NCBI GenBank assembly: GCA_028817435.1 | Contig: JAPPPQ010000015.1 | Span: 89,227 to 153,226, forward strand | DNA length: 64,000 bases | Direction: 5' to 3' | Source: Deltaproteobacteria bacterium | Lineage (GTDB): Bacteria; Myxococcota_A; UBA9160; UBA6930 | Shown here: piece after piece, positions 10,699-22,776 of the stretch | How the letters are laid out: each line of letters opens with the position of its first letter | Position numbering within the stretch: the stretch's first letter is position 1 | Translations under genes and position numbers: made by a program | The notes under the pieces: model-generated | What the model was told of the DNA's origin: nothing | The model's input: only the letters and a program-made list of their open reading frames with translations | The model's database searches: none

Positions 10699-11649
10699 GG
10701 ACGCTTGGTGATGACTTTTGTGATGGATGCCATCGAATCCGTTGACATTGCGGCGGACACCACCTTTGCGCTTATGCTGGAAGCGCAGCGCCGGGGGCAC
10801 GAGCTGCTCTATCTGCAGCTCCGGGATTTGGGCGTGCGCGGCGGGCGGGCGATGGCGCGGGCTGCGCCCATTTCGCTGCGCCGGGAGCCGGGGCGCCACT
10901 TCAGCCTGGGCGAGCCCCGCCAGCTGGCGCTGGACGAGGCGGATTTCGTCTTCCAGCGCAAGGATCCGCCGGTGAATGCGGAATACGCCGCCGCTACGCA
11001 GATTTTGAGCCTGTGCCGGCGGGCGCTGGTGTGGAACGATCCGCGCAGCCTGCTCTCGGCCAACGAGAAGCTCTACGCCCTGCACTTCGCCGACCTTATG
11101 CCCGCCACGCTGGTTTCGCGGGAGATTCCCGCGCTGCTCAGTTTTCTCGAAGAGCAGGGCGGCCAGATGGTGGTGAAGCCCTTGGACGGCAAGGCGGGCG
11201 AGGGCATTTTTCACCTGCGCCCCGGCGATCCGAATCTGCACTCCATACTGGAGCAGAGCACTGCCTTCGGCGCGCGCTGGGCCATGGCGCAGGCATATCT
11301 GCCCGAGGTGCGGCGCGGCGACAAGCGCATTTTGCTGCTGGAGGGCGAGCCCCTCGGCGCGGTGCTGCGCGTCCCCGCCGATGGCGAGAGCCGGGCCAAT
11401 TTCCACGCCGGCGGGCGGGCGGCCCGCGCCGGGCTCGATTCCGGCGACCACCGCATCATCGAGCGCATCGCCCCCCGGTTGCGCCAAGACGGCCTGTTCT
11501 TCGTCGGCATTGATGTAATCGGCGGACGGCTCACCGAGATCAATGTCACCAGCCCGACGGGGCTGCAGGAGATGAACGCCCTGGACGGCGCGCGCTACGA
11601 GGAGCGCATTATCGAGCGCATCGAGGCGCTGCTCGCCCGGCGCGGCTGA
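10693..11649 (+). CDS. gshB: glutathione synthetase (ATP-grasp)
   Basis: Strong similarity pattern to GshB (VMDAIESVDIAADTTFALMLEAQRRGHEL..., KPLDGKAGEGIF, ANFHAGG, TEINVTSPTG). AGGAGG at 10681-10686 then GTG 10693; alternative ATG 10711. Confidence 0.9.
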   Translation: MAGRLVMTFVMDAIESVDIAADTTFALMLEAQRRGHELLYLQLRDLGVRGGRAMARAAPISLRREPGRHFSLGEPRQLALDEADFVFQRKDPPVNAEYAAATQILSLCRRALVWNDPRSLLSANEKLYALHFADLMPATLVSREIPALLSFLEEQGGQMVVKPLDGKAGEGIFHLRPGDPNLHSILEQSTAFGARWAMAQAYLPEVRRGDKRILLLEGEPLGAVLRVPADGESRANFHAGGRAARAGLDSGDHRIIERIAPRLRQDGLFFVGIDVIGGRLTEINVTSPTGLQEMNALDGARYEERIIERIEALLARRG

Positions 11650-11871
11650 GATTTCCCCGCCCGTCCCCGAAATTACCCTTTTTGCCGCCCGCGAAAAAAT
11701 GCGGCCCCGCCGGTGAATTTGCGAAATGGCTATTGACAGCGCCGGGCGAATTGTAATTCCTACGCCCAGCGGAGACGCGCCACACCCCCGGCCGCCGCCG
11801 CTTCCTCCAAAAGGCCCCGCCGTCCCCCCACTGCGGGATTGGCAATCAACCACTCAGGAGGAGGACCCACA

Positions 11872-12249
11872 ATGGCCACGAAGGTGGAACGGGTCGGAAT
11901 CAAGCGGGCGAAGGACTGGCTCTATTTCCTCGATCGCCGGGGCAACGTGGCGCGGGTGCGCCGCGCGCGCGGCGGCGGCAAGGCCCAGAAGGGCACCCGC
12001 CAGGTCGTCGCCAAGGTCGGCGTGGAGAAGGAGGAGGGCTACCTCTACTTCATTGACGGCGACGGCGATGTGTCGCGCGCCAAGATGATGCGCCGCGGCC
12101 GCAAGAAGGCCGCGCGGCGCAAGCCGGCGCGGGGCCGGGCCGCCCGGCGGCCCGCCCGCAGCACGCGCAGCGCCAGCGCGCGGAAGCGGACGGCGCGCCG
12201 CCCGGCGCGCAGCAGCACGGCCAGGCGCAAGACGGCTCGCCGGCGCTAG
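11872..12249 (+). CDS. small basic protein: duplicated hairpin-like motif plus Arg/Ala-rich tail (possible nucleoid-associated protein)
   Basis: SD caggaggagg then ATG 11872. WLYFLDRRGNVARV and YLYFIDGDGDVSRA are repeated. C-terminal 55 aa are R/K/A-rich. Confidence 0.55.
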   Translation: MATKVERVGIKRAKDWLYFLDRRGNVARVRRARGGGKAQKGTRQVVAKVGVEKEEGYLYFIDGDGDVSRAKMMRRGRKKAARRKPARGRAARRPARSTRSASARKRTARRPARSSTARRKTARRR

Positions 12250-12323
12250 CCGGTGTGCGGCCCGCGGGCCCGGGAAGCGGCTACCGCCCCCGGCGCCCGC
12301 GGGCACCGCCCGCAATTGCCCGC

Positions 12324-13919
<1,596 letters not shown>

Positions 13920-13963
13920 CCCGCGCCGCCGCACCGGCCGCGCCCGCGCCGCGCGCGGAGGGA

Positions 13964-14494
13964 ATGGTGGAGATTTTGCACACCGCGAGTTTCGATACGA
14001 GCTTCGGCACGCTGCGCGTGGCTTCCTCGCAGCAGGGCGGGCTCGCCTATGTGCAGCTTCCGCGCTCCTGCGGTCGCGGCTTCACGGGCTGGCTGCGCCG
14101 CCACGCACCCGGGGCCGAGCTGCGCGAATCCCGCGCGCAGAACCGCGCCGCGGTGGCGCAGCTCTGCGAGTTTTTGGCGGGCCGCCGCCGCCGCTTCGAT
14201 CTGCCCCTCGACCTGCGCGCCAGCGATTTCCAGCGCCGCGTCTATCGCGCGCTCTGCGAGATTCCCTACGGCGAAACGCGCAGCTACGCCGACCTGGCCC
14301 GGCGCATCGGCCACCCCGGCGCGGCCCGCGCCGTCGGCGCCGCCAACGGCGCCAATCCCATCTCCCTGGTGATTCCCTGCCACCGCGTCATCGCCAGCGG
14401 CGGCGGCCTCGGCGGCTACGGCGGCGGCCTCCCCATGAAGCGCGAACTCCTCGCCTTGGAGCGCCAATCCCCCCACCCCGGCGACCTGCTCTGA
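13964..14494 (+). CDS. ogt: methylated-DNA--protein-cysteine methyltransferase
   Basis: Active-site PCHRV, YGETRSYADLA, GANPISLVIPCHRVI. GGAGGGA precedes ATG 13964. An alternative GTG at 13916 overlaps the upstream stop. Confidence 0.85.
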   Translation: MVEILHTASFDTSFGTLRVASSQQGGLAYVQLPRSCGRGFTGWLRRHAPGAELRESRAQNRAAVAQLCEFLAGRRRRFDLPLDLRASDFQRRVYRALCEIPYGETRSYADLARRIGHPGAARAVGAANGANPISLVIPCHRVIASGGGLGGYGGGLPMKRELLALERQSPHPGDLL

Positions 14495-14562
14495 CTCTCT
14501 CCCCGGCCCGCCCGAGAGCCTGGAAAGGCCCGGAACAGAGCCGGAACTATCAATTATCAATC

Positions 14563-14600
14563 AAATAATAGTTCATTGCATAGGTGGCCGCAGGTGAAAA
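14563..14600 (+). repeat. first copy of the duplicated SD/start module upstream of fic
   Basis: aaataatagttcattgcataggtgg...gtgaaaa aligns with 14651-14689. The 25-nt core matches 24/25. Confidence 0.7.
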
Positions 14601-14650
14601 AAGGGCACCGTATTCTTGACACGGGAGGTTTTAACTATTAATTTGAAATG

Positions 14651-14689
14651 AAATAATAATTCATTGCATAGGTGGGCGGAAAATGAAAA
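14651..14689 (+). repeat. second copy of the duplicated SD/start module; supplies the fic SD and ATG
   Basis: aaataataattcattgcataggtgg gcggaaa ATGAAAA. Confidence 0.7.
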
Positions 14690-16026
14690 TCCCTTCAAAA
14701 CCGGAGACTTTCGAGGCAATTTTGCCGAAATTGAGCGATCCGGCACTCCTTCGGCGAATTGTGGCAGTTCCTGGAGAGGCAGTGGGCCCGGCGCCGGGGG
14801 GGAAGTATCGCCACTGGGACACCCTCCGCCGGATCACCCCGCCGGCGGGCCTCACGGCGGAGGAGTGGTGGGCGGCAATCAAATTCGCGCGGTTGCAGAC
14901 CCGCCGCTTTGTTCCGTTGCGCGACCTGCGGGGGCGCCGCTTCTTTTACACGATGCCCGATCCCGCCCTTGAAATGCTCCACGAGATTGACCAGGGCGCC
15001 AGCGGGCGGATCGAATTGCCCGGTTCGATCACGAATCCGCAAACCAAGGACCGCTACCTGCGAAGCTCGCTTATCGAGGAGGCGATCACTTCGAGCCAAC
15101 TGGAGGGCGCCGCCGCCACCCGGGCGCAGGCGAAGGCCATGTTGCGTTCAGGCCGCAGGCCCGTGGACCACGCCGAGCGGATGATTCTCAACAACTACCA
15201 CGCAATACAATTCGTCGGCAGGCGAAAGGGCGAAAAAATGACACCGAAGATCGTGATGGAGATTCACCGGATCATTGCAGAGGATACCCTTCCGCCCGAT
15301 TCTTCCCCGCCCCATTTGCGGCAGCCGGGAGACGGCATTGCGGTGTGGGATGAACGCGATAATCTTAAAGTTCACCAACCGCCGGACGCGAGTGAAATCT
15401 CCGGACGCATGAAGGCTCTTTGCCTCTTCGCCAATCGGGGTTCGCAGGAAGGCTTTTTGCATCCCGTGGTGCGCGCCATTCTTCTGCACTTCTGGCTCGC
15501 CTATGATCATCCCTTCATTGATGGAAACGGGCGCACCGCGCGTGCTCTCTTTTATTGGTGCATGCTGAGACAGGGCTACTGGCTCGCCGAATTCATCTCC
15601 ATTTCGAGCATTCTGCGAAAGGCGCCCGCGAGCTATGGCCGCTCGTTTCTCTACACGGAGACGGATGAGGGCGATCTCACCTACTTCATCCTGGCGCAAT
15701 TGCGGGTCATCTGCAGATCCATTGAGGAGCTGCACGCATATATCGCGCGCAAGACCGGGGAAATTCGCGCCATAGATCAGATTTTGTCCGCCGCCACGGC
15801 GCTTAATCATCGGCAGAAGGCGCTGTTGGTCCACTCTCTGCGCAATCCCGGGTTTCGCTATTCCATCGAATCGCATCGCAACAGCCATGTCGTCACATAC
15901 GCAACGGCGCGCAGTGACCTGCTGGCTCTGGCAGAGAAGGGGCTGCTTGTGAAGACCCGCGCCGGGCGCGCATTTGCTTTTGCCGCGCTGCCCGATCTGG
16001 AGGATCGGCTGCGCGCGCTGCGTTGA
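14683..16026 (+). CDS. Fic family protein (AMPylase-type; Fic_N plus Fic plus C-terminal wHTH)
   Basis: Core motif HPFIDGNGRTAR. N-terminal inhibitory-helix-like SSQLEG ((S/T)xxxE(G/N)). AGGTGG 7 nt upstream of the ATG. Confidence 0.9.
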   Translation: MKIPSKPETFEAILPKLSDPALLRRIVAVPGEAVGPAPGGKYRHWDTLRRITPPAGLTAEEWWAAIKFARLQTRRFVPLRDLRGRRFFYTMPDPALEMLHEIDQGASGRIELPGSITNPQTKDRYLRSSLIEEAITSSQLEGAAATRAQAKAMLRSGRRPVDHAERMILNNYHAIQFVGRRKGEKMTPKIVMEIHRIIAEDTLPPDSSPPHLRQPGDGIAVWDERDNLKVHQPPDASEISGRMKALCLFANRGSQEGFLHPVVRAILLHFWLAYDHPFIDGNGRTARALFYWCMLRQGYWLAEFISISSILRKAPASYGRSFLYTETDEGDLTYFILAQLRVICRSIEELHAYIARKTGEIRAIDQILSAATALNHRQKALLVHSLRNPGFRYSIESHRNSHVVTYATARSDLLALAEKGLLVKTRAGRAFAFAALPDLEDRLRALR

Positions 16027-16033
16027 GGCGCCG

Positions 16034-17257
16034 TCAGACGGCGGCGAGGGCTTGTCTCAGGTCTGCGATCAGGTCGGCTGCATCCTCAATGCCGCAGGAG
16101 AGGCGCACGAGGCTCTCGCCAATGCCGTAGGCCCGGCGCTCCTCGGGGCTGTAATCCCAGTAGGACATGAGCAGCGGCATCTCGACGAGGGATTCCACGC
16201 CGCCCAGGCTGGGCGCGATGTAGGGCAGGGTGCAGGCGTCGGTGAAGCGGACGGCGGCGTCGAAATCGCCGGCGATCTCGAAGCTGACCACGCCGGCGAA
16301 GCCGCTCATCAGCCGCGTCGCCACGCGGTAATCCGGGTGGCTCGGAAGGCCGGGATACCAGACTTGCCGCACCTTCGGATGCGCTTCGAGCCAGCGCGCC
16401 ACCGCCAAACCATTTGCATTGTGGCGCTCCATGCGCAGGCCCAAAGTCTTGAGCCCGCGCAACAGCAGCCAAGCGGCGTGGGGATCGAGAATGCCGCCGA
16501 GCACGCCGACTGCATTGCGCACCGGCGCCACCAGTTCGGCCGGCCCGCACAGCACGCCGCCGATCAGGTCGTTGTGGCCGCTCAGATACTTCGTGGCGCT
16601 GTGCAGCACCAGATCGGCCCCATCTGCAAGCGCCCGGTGGTTCAGCGGCGTGGCGAAGGTGGAATCCACCAGCGTCAGCACGCCGCGCTCGCGCGCGAGA
16701 TGCGCGGCCTCGGGCAGGTCAATCACATGCAGGTAGGGATTGGTGGGGCTCTCGGTGAAGAACAGGCGGGTGTTGTCGCGCAGCGCATCCTTCAGCGCGA
16801 TGGTGTCGGCGGGCGGAATCACCGTCGCCTCGACCTGGAGGCGCGAGAGAAACTGCTGCACGAACTGCCGCGTGCGCCGGTAGCAATCGTTGGTAATGAC
16901 GATGTGGTCGCCGCGCTGGCAGTGCGCCAGAAAAGTGGTGGTGGCCGCGCACATACCGGAGGCGAAGAGCACGGCCTCCTCGGCGCCCTCCAGCTCGCAG
17001 AGCTTGCGCTCCACCGCGCGCCAGGTGGGGTTCGAGTAGCGCCCATACTCGTCGCGCGGGTGGCGGCCCTCGGCATAGGCCCGCAGCTCCGCCGAGTCGC
17101 GAAACCAGAAAGTGGAGGTCTGGTGGATCGGCGTGGTGAGCGCGTGATCCTGGTGGTGCTTGCGCTCGCCCGCATGGACGGCGCGGGTGGAGCCGCCCGG
17201 CGCGTGTCCCGCGTCCCGCGCGCCCTTTTCCCCGCTCTTTTCGCCCGGCTTTTGCAT
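16034..17257 (-). CDS. Cys/Met-metabolism PLP-dependent enzyme (cystathionine beta-lyase/gamma-synthase family)
   Basis: PLP-lysine motif HSATKYLSGHND. Family-typical TPIHQTSTF and ESLGGVESL. Confidence 0.85.
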   Translation of the reverse strand: MQKPGEKSGEKGARDAGHAPGGSTRAVHAGERKHHQDHALTTPIHQTSTFWFRDSAELRAYAEGRHPRDEYGRYSNPTWRAVERKLCELEGAEEAVLFASGMCAATTTFLAHCQRGDHIVITNDCYRRTRQFVQQFLSRLQVEATVIPPADTIALKDALRDNTRLFFTESPTNPYLHVIDLPEAAHLARERGVLTLVDSTFATPLNHRALADGADLVLHSATKYLSGHNDLIGGVLCGPAELVAPVRNAVGVLGGILDPHAAWLLLRGLKTLGLRMERHNANGLAVARWLEAHPKVRQVWYPGLPSHPDYRVATRLMSGFAGVVSFEIAGDFDAAVRFTDACTLPYIAPSLGGVESLVEMPLLMSYWDYSPEERRAYGIGESLVRLSCGIEDAADLIADLRQALAAV

Positions 17258-17381
17258 CCCCGGTTTCCTCCGAGGCGAGCGCTTAGCAGTTTCGGGTGCG
17301 GGGCCCGGGTGCGTTTGACGGCGGGGTCCGAAGCCGAAGGGTTCTGCAAGCGCCGGAAATCAACCCTGGTTTTGGAGCCGC

Positions 17382-17410
17382 CCAGCCTAGGCCGCCCCCG
17401 CCCGAATGTC
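17382..17410 (-). promoter_or_regulatory. candidate sigma70-type promoter for the metC-like gene (TTGACA-17-TAGGCT on the minus strand)
   Basis: Read on the reverse complement: ttgaca ttcgggcgggggcggcc taggct. Sequence match only. Confidence 0.25.
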
Positions 17411-17478
17411 AAATCCCCCGGCGCGGCGATTTGGCGCGGCGCTTGGGGGGTGCGATAATCCGGGGGCTTGAGGAGGCG

Positions 17479-18843
17479 ATGGGGAGTTCTCCGATGACCG
17501 ATCTCAATGGCGGTTCCCAACCTGAACTGAGCGCCGCCGGCGCGGCCAAAAGCACCGGTTTCAGCGATCCCGCCTTCGCCGCGAACAAGTCTCAGCCCAT
17601 CCACCGCTGGGTTCCCTGGGTCGCGGGCTTCTCGCGGGATTTCGTCCGCAGCGCGCTGGATCGGCATCTGCGCAGGCCGGGGGTGGTGCTTGATCCCTTT
17701 GCCGGTGTCGGCACCACACTGGTCGAGGCCAATTTCGCCGGCCACGGGGCCGTTGGCTTTGAGATCAACCCCTATGCGGCCTTTGCGTGCCGGACGAAAC
17801 TGGGCGCCCGCAGTCTCTCTGCAGATCGCCTGAACGAGGCGGCGGGGCGCTTCCTGGAATTTCACGCCGCCGCCGTGAAGCAGGGGCGCAGCCCGAAGGC
17901 GAAGATCCCGGAGGGATTTCGCACGCGCGGCGTCTTCTACAGCCCGAAGGTTCTGCGCAAGGTGCTGCTGGCGCACGATTTCATCGCGCAATTGAAGGAC
18001 GAGACCATTGCGGATTTGCTCCGCCTCGCCTTCGCCGCCACCATGGTGACCTATTCGAATTACTCCTACGAACCCAGTTTGGGCCGCAAATCCGCAGCCG
18101 GGAGGCCGGATGTCGCCGATTTTCCGGTGGCCCGCCACATTGCCGGGAAACTCTACGAAATGGCCGAGGATATTCGGACGCTGCAAAATCAATGCGATGG
18201 CAGGGCGCCTGCCGCAGCGGTATTCAATGAGTCCTTTTTCGATTCCTACCGGAAGCTCCAATCGGGATCGGTGGATCTTCTCGTCACCTCACCTCCCTAC
18301 CTGAATAATTATCACTACAACCGGAATACCCGGCCACATCTCTTCTGGCTTGGCTTCATGCATTCCCCCAAGGACATGAAGCCCCTTGAAGAAAAGAATT
18401 TCGGGAAATTCTGGCAAACGGTGCGGGAGAGCGAACGGATTGATCTCGATTTTCCCGTCGAAGACAAAGAGATCGTCGCGTGCCTGCGCACATTGAGAAA
18501 AAAGAATCCAAACCGGGGGATATACGGCGGCAACGGCTGGGCCAATTATGCGGCCTCTTATTTCAATGATTGCCATCGCTTTTCGAAGGCCGCCAAATTC
18601 GCTCTTCGCAGGCGCGGAACAGCGCTGATTGTGATAGGCAACAGCATTTTGCAGGGCGTGATGATTCCCACAGATCGCTTTCTCGCAAAAATCGCCGAAT
18701 CCACCGGCCTGGAAGTGGTGGATATTCATATGCCCCGCGCCACCCGCGTCGGAAACAGCATCATTCAATCCGAAGTCCGGGTTGCAAAGGCCAGAAAAGG
18801 CCATCAGCTCTACGAGGCTGTCGTTGAATTGCAGAAGTGTTGA
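17479..18843 (+). CDS. solitary DNA methyltransferase (N6-A/N4-C, SPPY type)
   Basis: SAM motif VLDPFAGVGTT then catalytic TSPPY about 230 aa later. GAGGAGG precedes ATG 17479. No nuclease gene is adjacent. Confidence 0.85.
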   Translation: MGSSPMTDLNGGSQPELSAAGAAKSTGFSDPAFAANKSQPIHRWVPWVAGFSRDFVRSALDRHLRRPGVVLDPFAGVGTTLVEANFAGHGAVGFEINPYAAFACRTKLGARSLSADRLNEAAGRFLEFHAAAVKQGRSPKAKIPEGFRTRGVFYSPKVLRKVLLAHDFIAQLKDETIADLLRLAFAATMVTYSNYSYEPSLGRKSAAGRPDVADFPVARHIAGKLYEMAEDIRTLQNQCDGRAPAAAVFNESFFDSYRKLQSGSVDLLVTSPPYLNNYHYNRNTRPHLFWLGFMHSPKDMKPLEEKNFGKFWQTVRESERIDLDFPVEDKEIVACLRTLRKKNPNRGIYGGNGWANYAASYFNDCHRFSKAAKFALRRRGTALIVIGNSILQGVMIPTDRFLAKIAESTGLEVVDIHMPRATRVGNSIIQSEVRVAKARKGHQLYEAVVELQKC

Positions 18844-18970
18844 TCAAGGTGATCGCCGGAGTTTATTGAGTATGGCGACGCTCTTGTAGGTCGGCGAGTG
18901 AAAGGTGTGGAGTTGCGGATTGACTTGGATCGGGGACATGGCGTGGAGTTCCCCTTCACACTACCGCACT

Positions 18971-20871
<1,901 letters not shown>

Positions 20872-20875
<4 letters not shown>

Positions 20876-21111
20876 TGCGGCTGAACCTGCACCGCAAGCG
20901 CCTCGCTGCGGCGCAGGCACAGCATTCCCCCGCGCAGCTCATAGACGCGCGGATCGCCCAGCGGCGCACGGCGGCGGCAGAGCACCGCGGTGCCCGGCAG
21001 CAGCCCCAAATCCTGCAGCCGCCGCCCCGGCGCGCCCCCGCGCTCCACCCGCACGACTACGCCGCGCCCCCCCACGGGGAGCTCCGCCAGCGAAACCACG
21101 CCATTCACGCC
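20872..21111 (-). CDS. feoA: ferrous iron transport protein A
   Basis: SH3-like FeoA pattern LAELPVGGRGVVVRV...LGLLPGTAV...GDPRVYELRG. No in-frame ATG; GTG candidates at 21123, 21111 and 21102. Confidence 0.75.
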
Positions 21112-21129
21112 ATTGCCCGCCACGCCCCT

Positions 21130-21152
21130 ATAATGAAATTGAATTTCATTAT
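21130..21152. promoter_or_regulatory. Fur-box-like perfect palindrome upstream of feoA
   Basis: ATAATGAAATT G AATTTCATTAT (11-1-11). The outer arms ATAATGA/TCATTAT match Fur-box half sites. It lies 7-19 nt upstream of the feoA start candidates. Confidence 0.55.
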
Positions 21153-21305
21153 CTGCCACCCCGGGCGGGGCAGGCGGGGGATCGGCGCGTTCTTTTGGGC
21201 CGGGGTGGGACTGTGGGGAGCCGTGTTGCTGATCATCGTTGAGTTGTCCCGGCGGGCCTACAATGACATCATTCGCTACGACCACTGCGAATCGGAGGAA
21301 AAGCA

Positions 21306-21440
21306 ATGACTTACAACGAGGTCGTGACCTATGTGGGATTGATCGTTCTCTCTGTCGGTCTCATCGTTGTCTTCATCACCCCCCTCATCCCGGGTTGGCT
21401 GGCTTGGCTGTCGAAGGACAAAGACGAGAAACCGAACTAG
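21306..21440 (+). CDS. possible 44-aa single-TM small protein (absent from the ORF track)
   Basis: GGAGGAAAAGCA then ATG 21306. MTYNEVVTYVGLIVLSVGLIVVFITPLIPGWLAWLSKDKDEKPN, stop TAG 21438-21440. Hydrophobic core followed by a charged tail. Confidence 0.3.
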   Translation: MTYNEVVTYVGLIVLSVGLIVVFITPLIPGWLAWLSKDKDEKPN

Positions 21441-21447
21441 CATTGGG

Positions 21448-22449
21448 CTACTCCATTTCGCTGCGGAGTTGGCGGGACATGACATGGTGGACGGCTTCTT
21501 CGGGGGCGGCGCCTTCGAGGACGGAGCGGACGGCGAAGCAGATGGGCATTTCCACCTGGTGGCGGGTGGCGAGTTCGCAGACGGCGTAGGTGGTGCGCAC
21601 GCCTTCTGCAACCTGGTCCATGCCGGATACGATTTCGCGCAGGCGGCGGCCGTGGCCGAGTTCGAGCCCCACGCGGCGGTTGCGGGAGAGATCGCCGGTG
21701 CAGGTGAGCAGCAGGTCGCCCATGCCGGAGAGTCCCTGGAAGGTCACCGGGTTTGCGCCGAGCTTTTCGCCGAGCCGGGTGATTTCGCGCAGGCCGCGGG
21801 TCATTACGGCGGCGCGGGCGTTCAGGCCGAGCGAAAGGCCGTCGCACATTCCCACGGCTATGGCGATCACATTCTTCAGCGCGCCGCCCACCTCCACGCC
21901 GATTACATCGTCGTGGGTGTAGCAGCGGAACCACGGAGAAGAAATCGCGGTTTGCACCGAGATGGCGAAGGCTTCCTGCCGGCAGGCCAGCGTTACAGCC
22001 GTGGGCAGGTGAATCGCCACTTCGTGTGCGAAGGAGGGGCCGGAGAGCACGGTGAGCCTGGGGTGCAGGGCGGGCGGCAGCACATCTTCCAGCACCTGGT
22101 GCATGAGCATGCCGGTTTCCTCCTCAATGCCCTTCACGGTGGAGACGAGGATGGCCCCGGGATCCATCGCCTTGCCGGCCCGGCCCATCACCTCGCGCAC
22201 GCCGTGGCTGGGAATGGCGCAAATGACCAGCTCGCTGCTGGCCAGCGCCTCTTCCAGATTGGCGGTGGCGCGGATGCCGGGGGGCAGCTCCACCTCGCTC
22301 AGGTAGCGGGGGTTGCGGCGCTCGCGCTGGATGGCGGCGGCCAGGCCGGGATCGCGGGCCCAGATGGCCACATCGCATTCGCGCGCGGCCTGCACGGCGA
22401 GGCAGGTGCCGAAGCTGCCGGCGCCCAGAACCGCGACGGGAAGCGGCAT
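21448..22449 (-). CDS. gpsA: NAD(P)H-dependent glycerol-3-phosphate dehydrogenase
   Basis: AVLGAGSFGT Rossmann motif, NPRYL, GALKNVIAIA and NRRVG motifs. Confidence 0.9.
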   Translation of the reverse strand: MPLPVAVLGAGSFGTCLAVQAARECDVAIWARDPGLAAAIQRERRNPRYLSEVELPPGIRATANLEEALASSELVICAIPSHGVREVMGRAGKAMDPGAILVSTVKGIEEETGMLMHQVLEDVLPPALHPRLTVLSGPSFAHEVAIHLPTAVTLACRQEAFAISVQTAISSPWFRCYTHDDVIGVEVGGALKNVIAIAVGMCDGLSLGLNARAAVMTRGLREITRLGEKLGANPVTFQGLSGMGDLLLTCTGDLSRNRRVGLELGHGRRLREIVSGMDQVAEGVRTTYAVCELATRHQVEMPICFAVRSVLEGAAPEEAVHHVMSRQLRSEME

Positions 22450-22650
22450 GGCGGCCAGTCTAACCGCCCGCACCGCCGCCGTCCGCCGGGGCCGGGGTGC
22501 GGGGGACGGGCGACGATCCGCCGGAGCCGGGGGTTGCCAGGCGGCGCGGGCCGGATGGCCCGCCGGGGGCCGCCCCGCCCCGCTGGGCGATGCCGCCTGC
22601 CCCCCACCCCCGATTGCTCCGCCCGTGGATTGCCCCGCCCCCGCCCGGCG

Positions 22651-22679
22651 TTGACGGCGGCGCGCGTTGCGGCTAGCCT
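22651..22679 (+). promoter_or_regulatory. candidate sigma70-type promoter upstream of nuoA (TTGACG-17-TAGCCT)
   Basis: ttgacg gcggcgcgcgttgcggc tagcct, about 100 nt upstream of nuoA. Sequence match only. Confidence 0.25.
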
Positions 22680-22776
22680 GCGGCGCGGTTTTGCAGAATC
22701 AGCGCGCAGTTGAACGAACGCGGCGCGGCGAGTGGACGCGCCTGCCGGGCGTCTTTGCATTGCCAGGGAGAGCGTT

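Noticed and set aside
14616-14643. TTGACA plus AT-rich -10-like hexamers as the fic promoter
   Set aside because: Spacing to the best -10 candidates is 14-16 nt with poor hexamer matches. I mention it in the fic leader finding but do not call it a feature.
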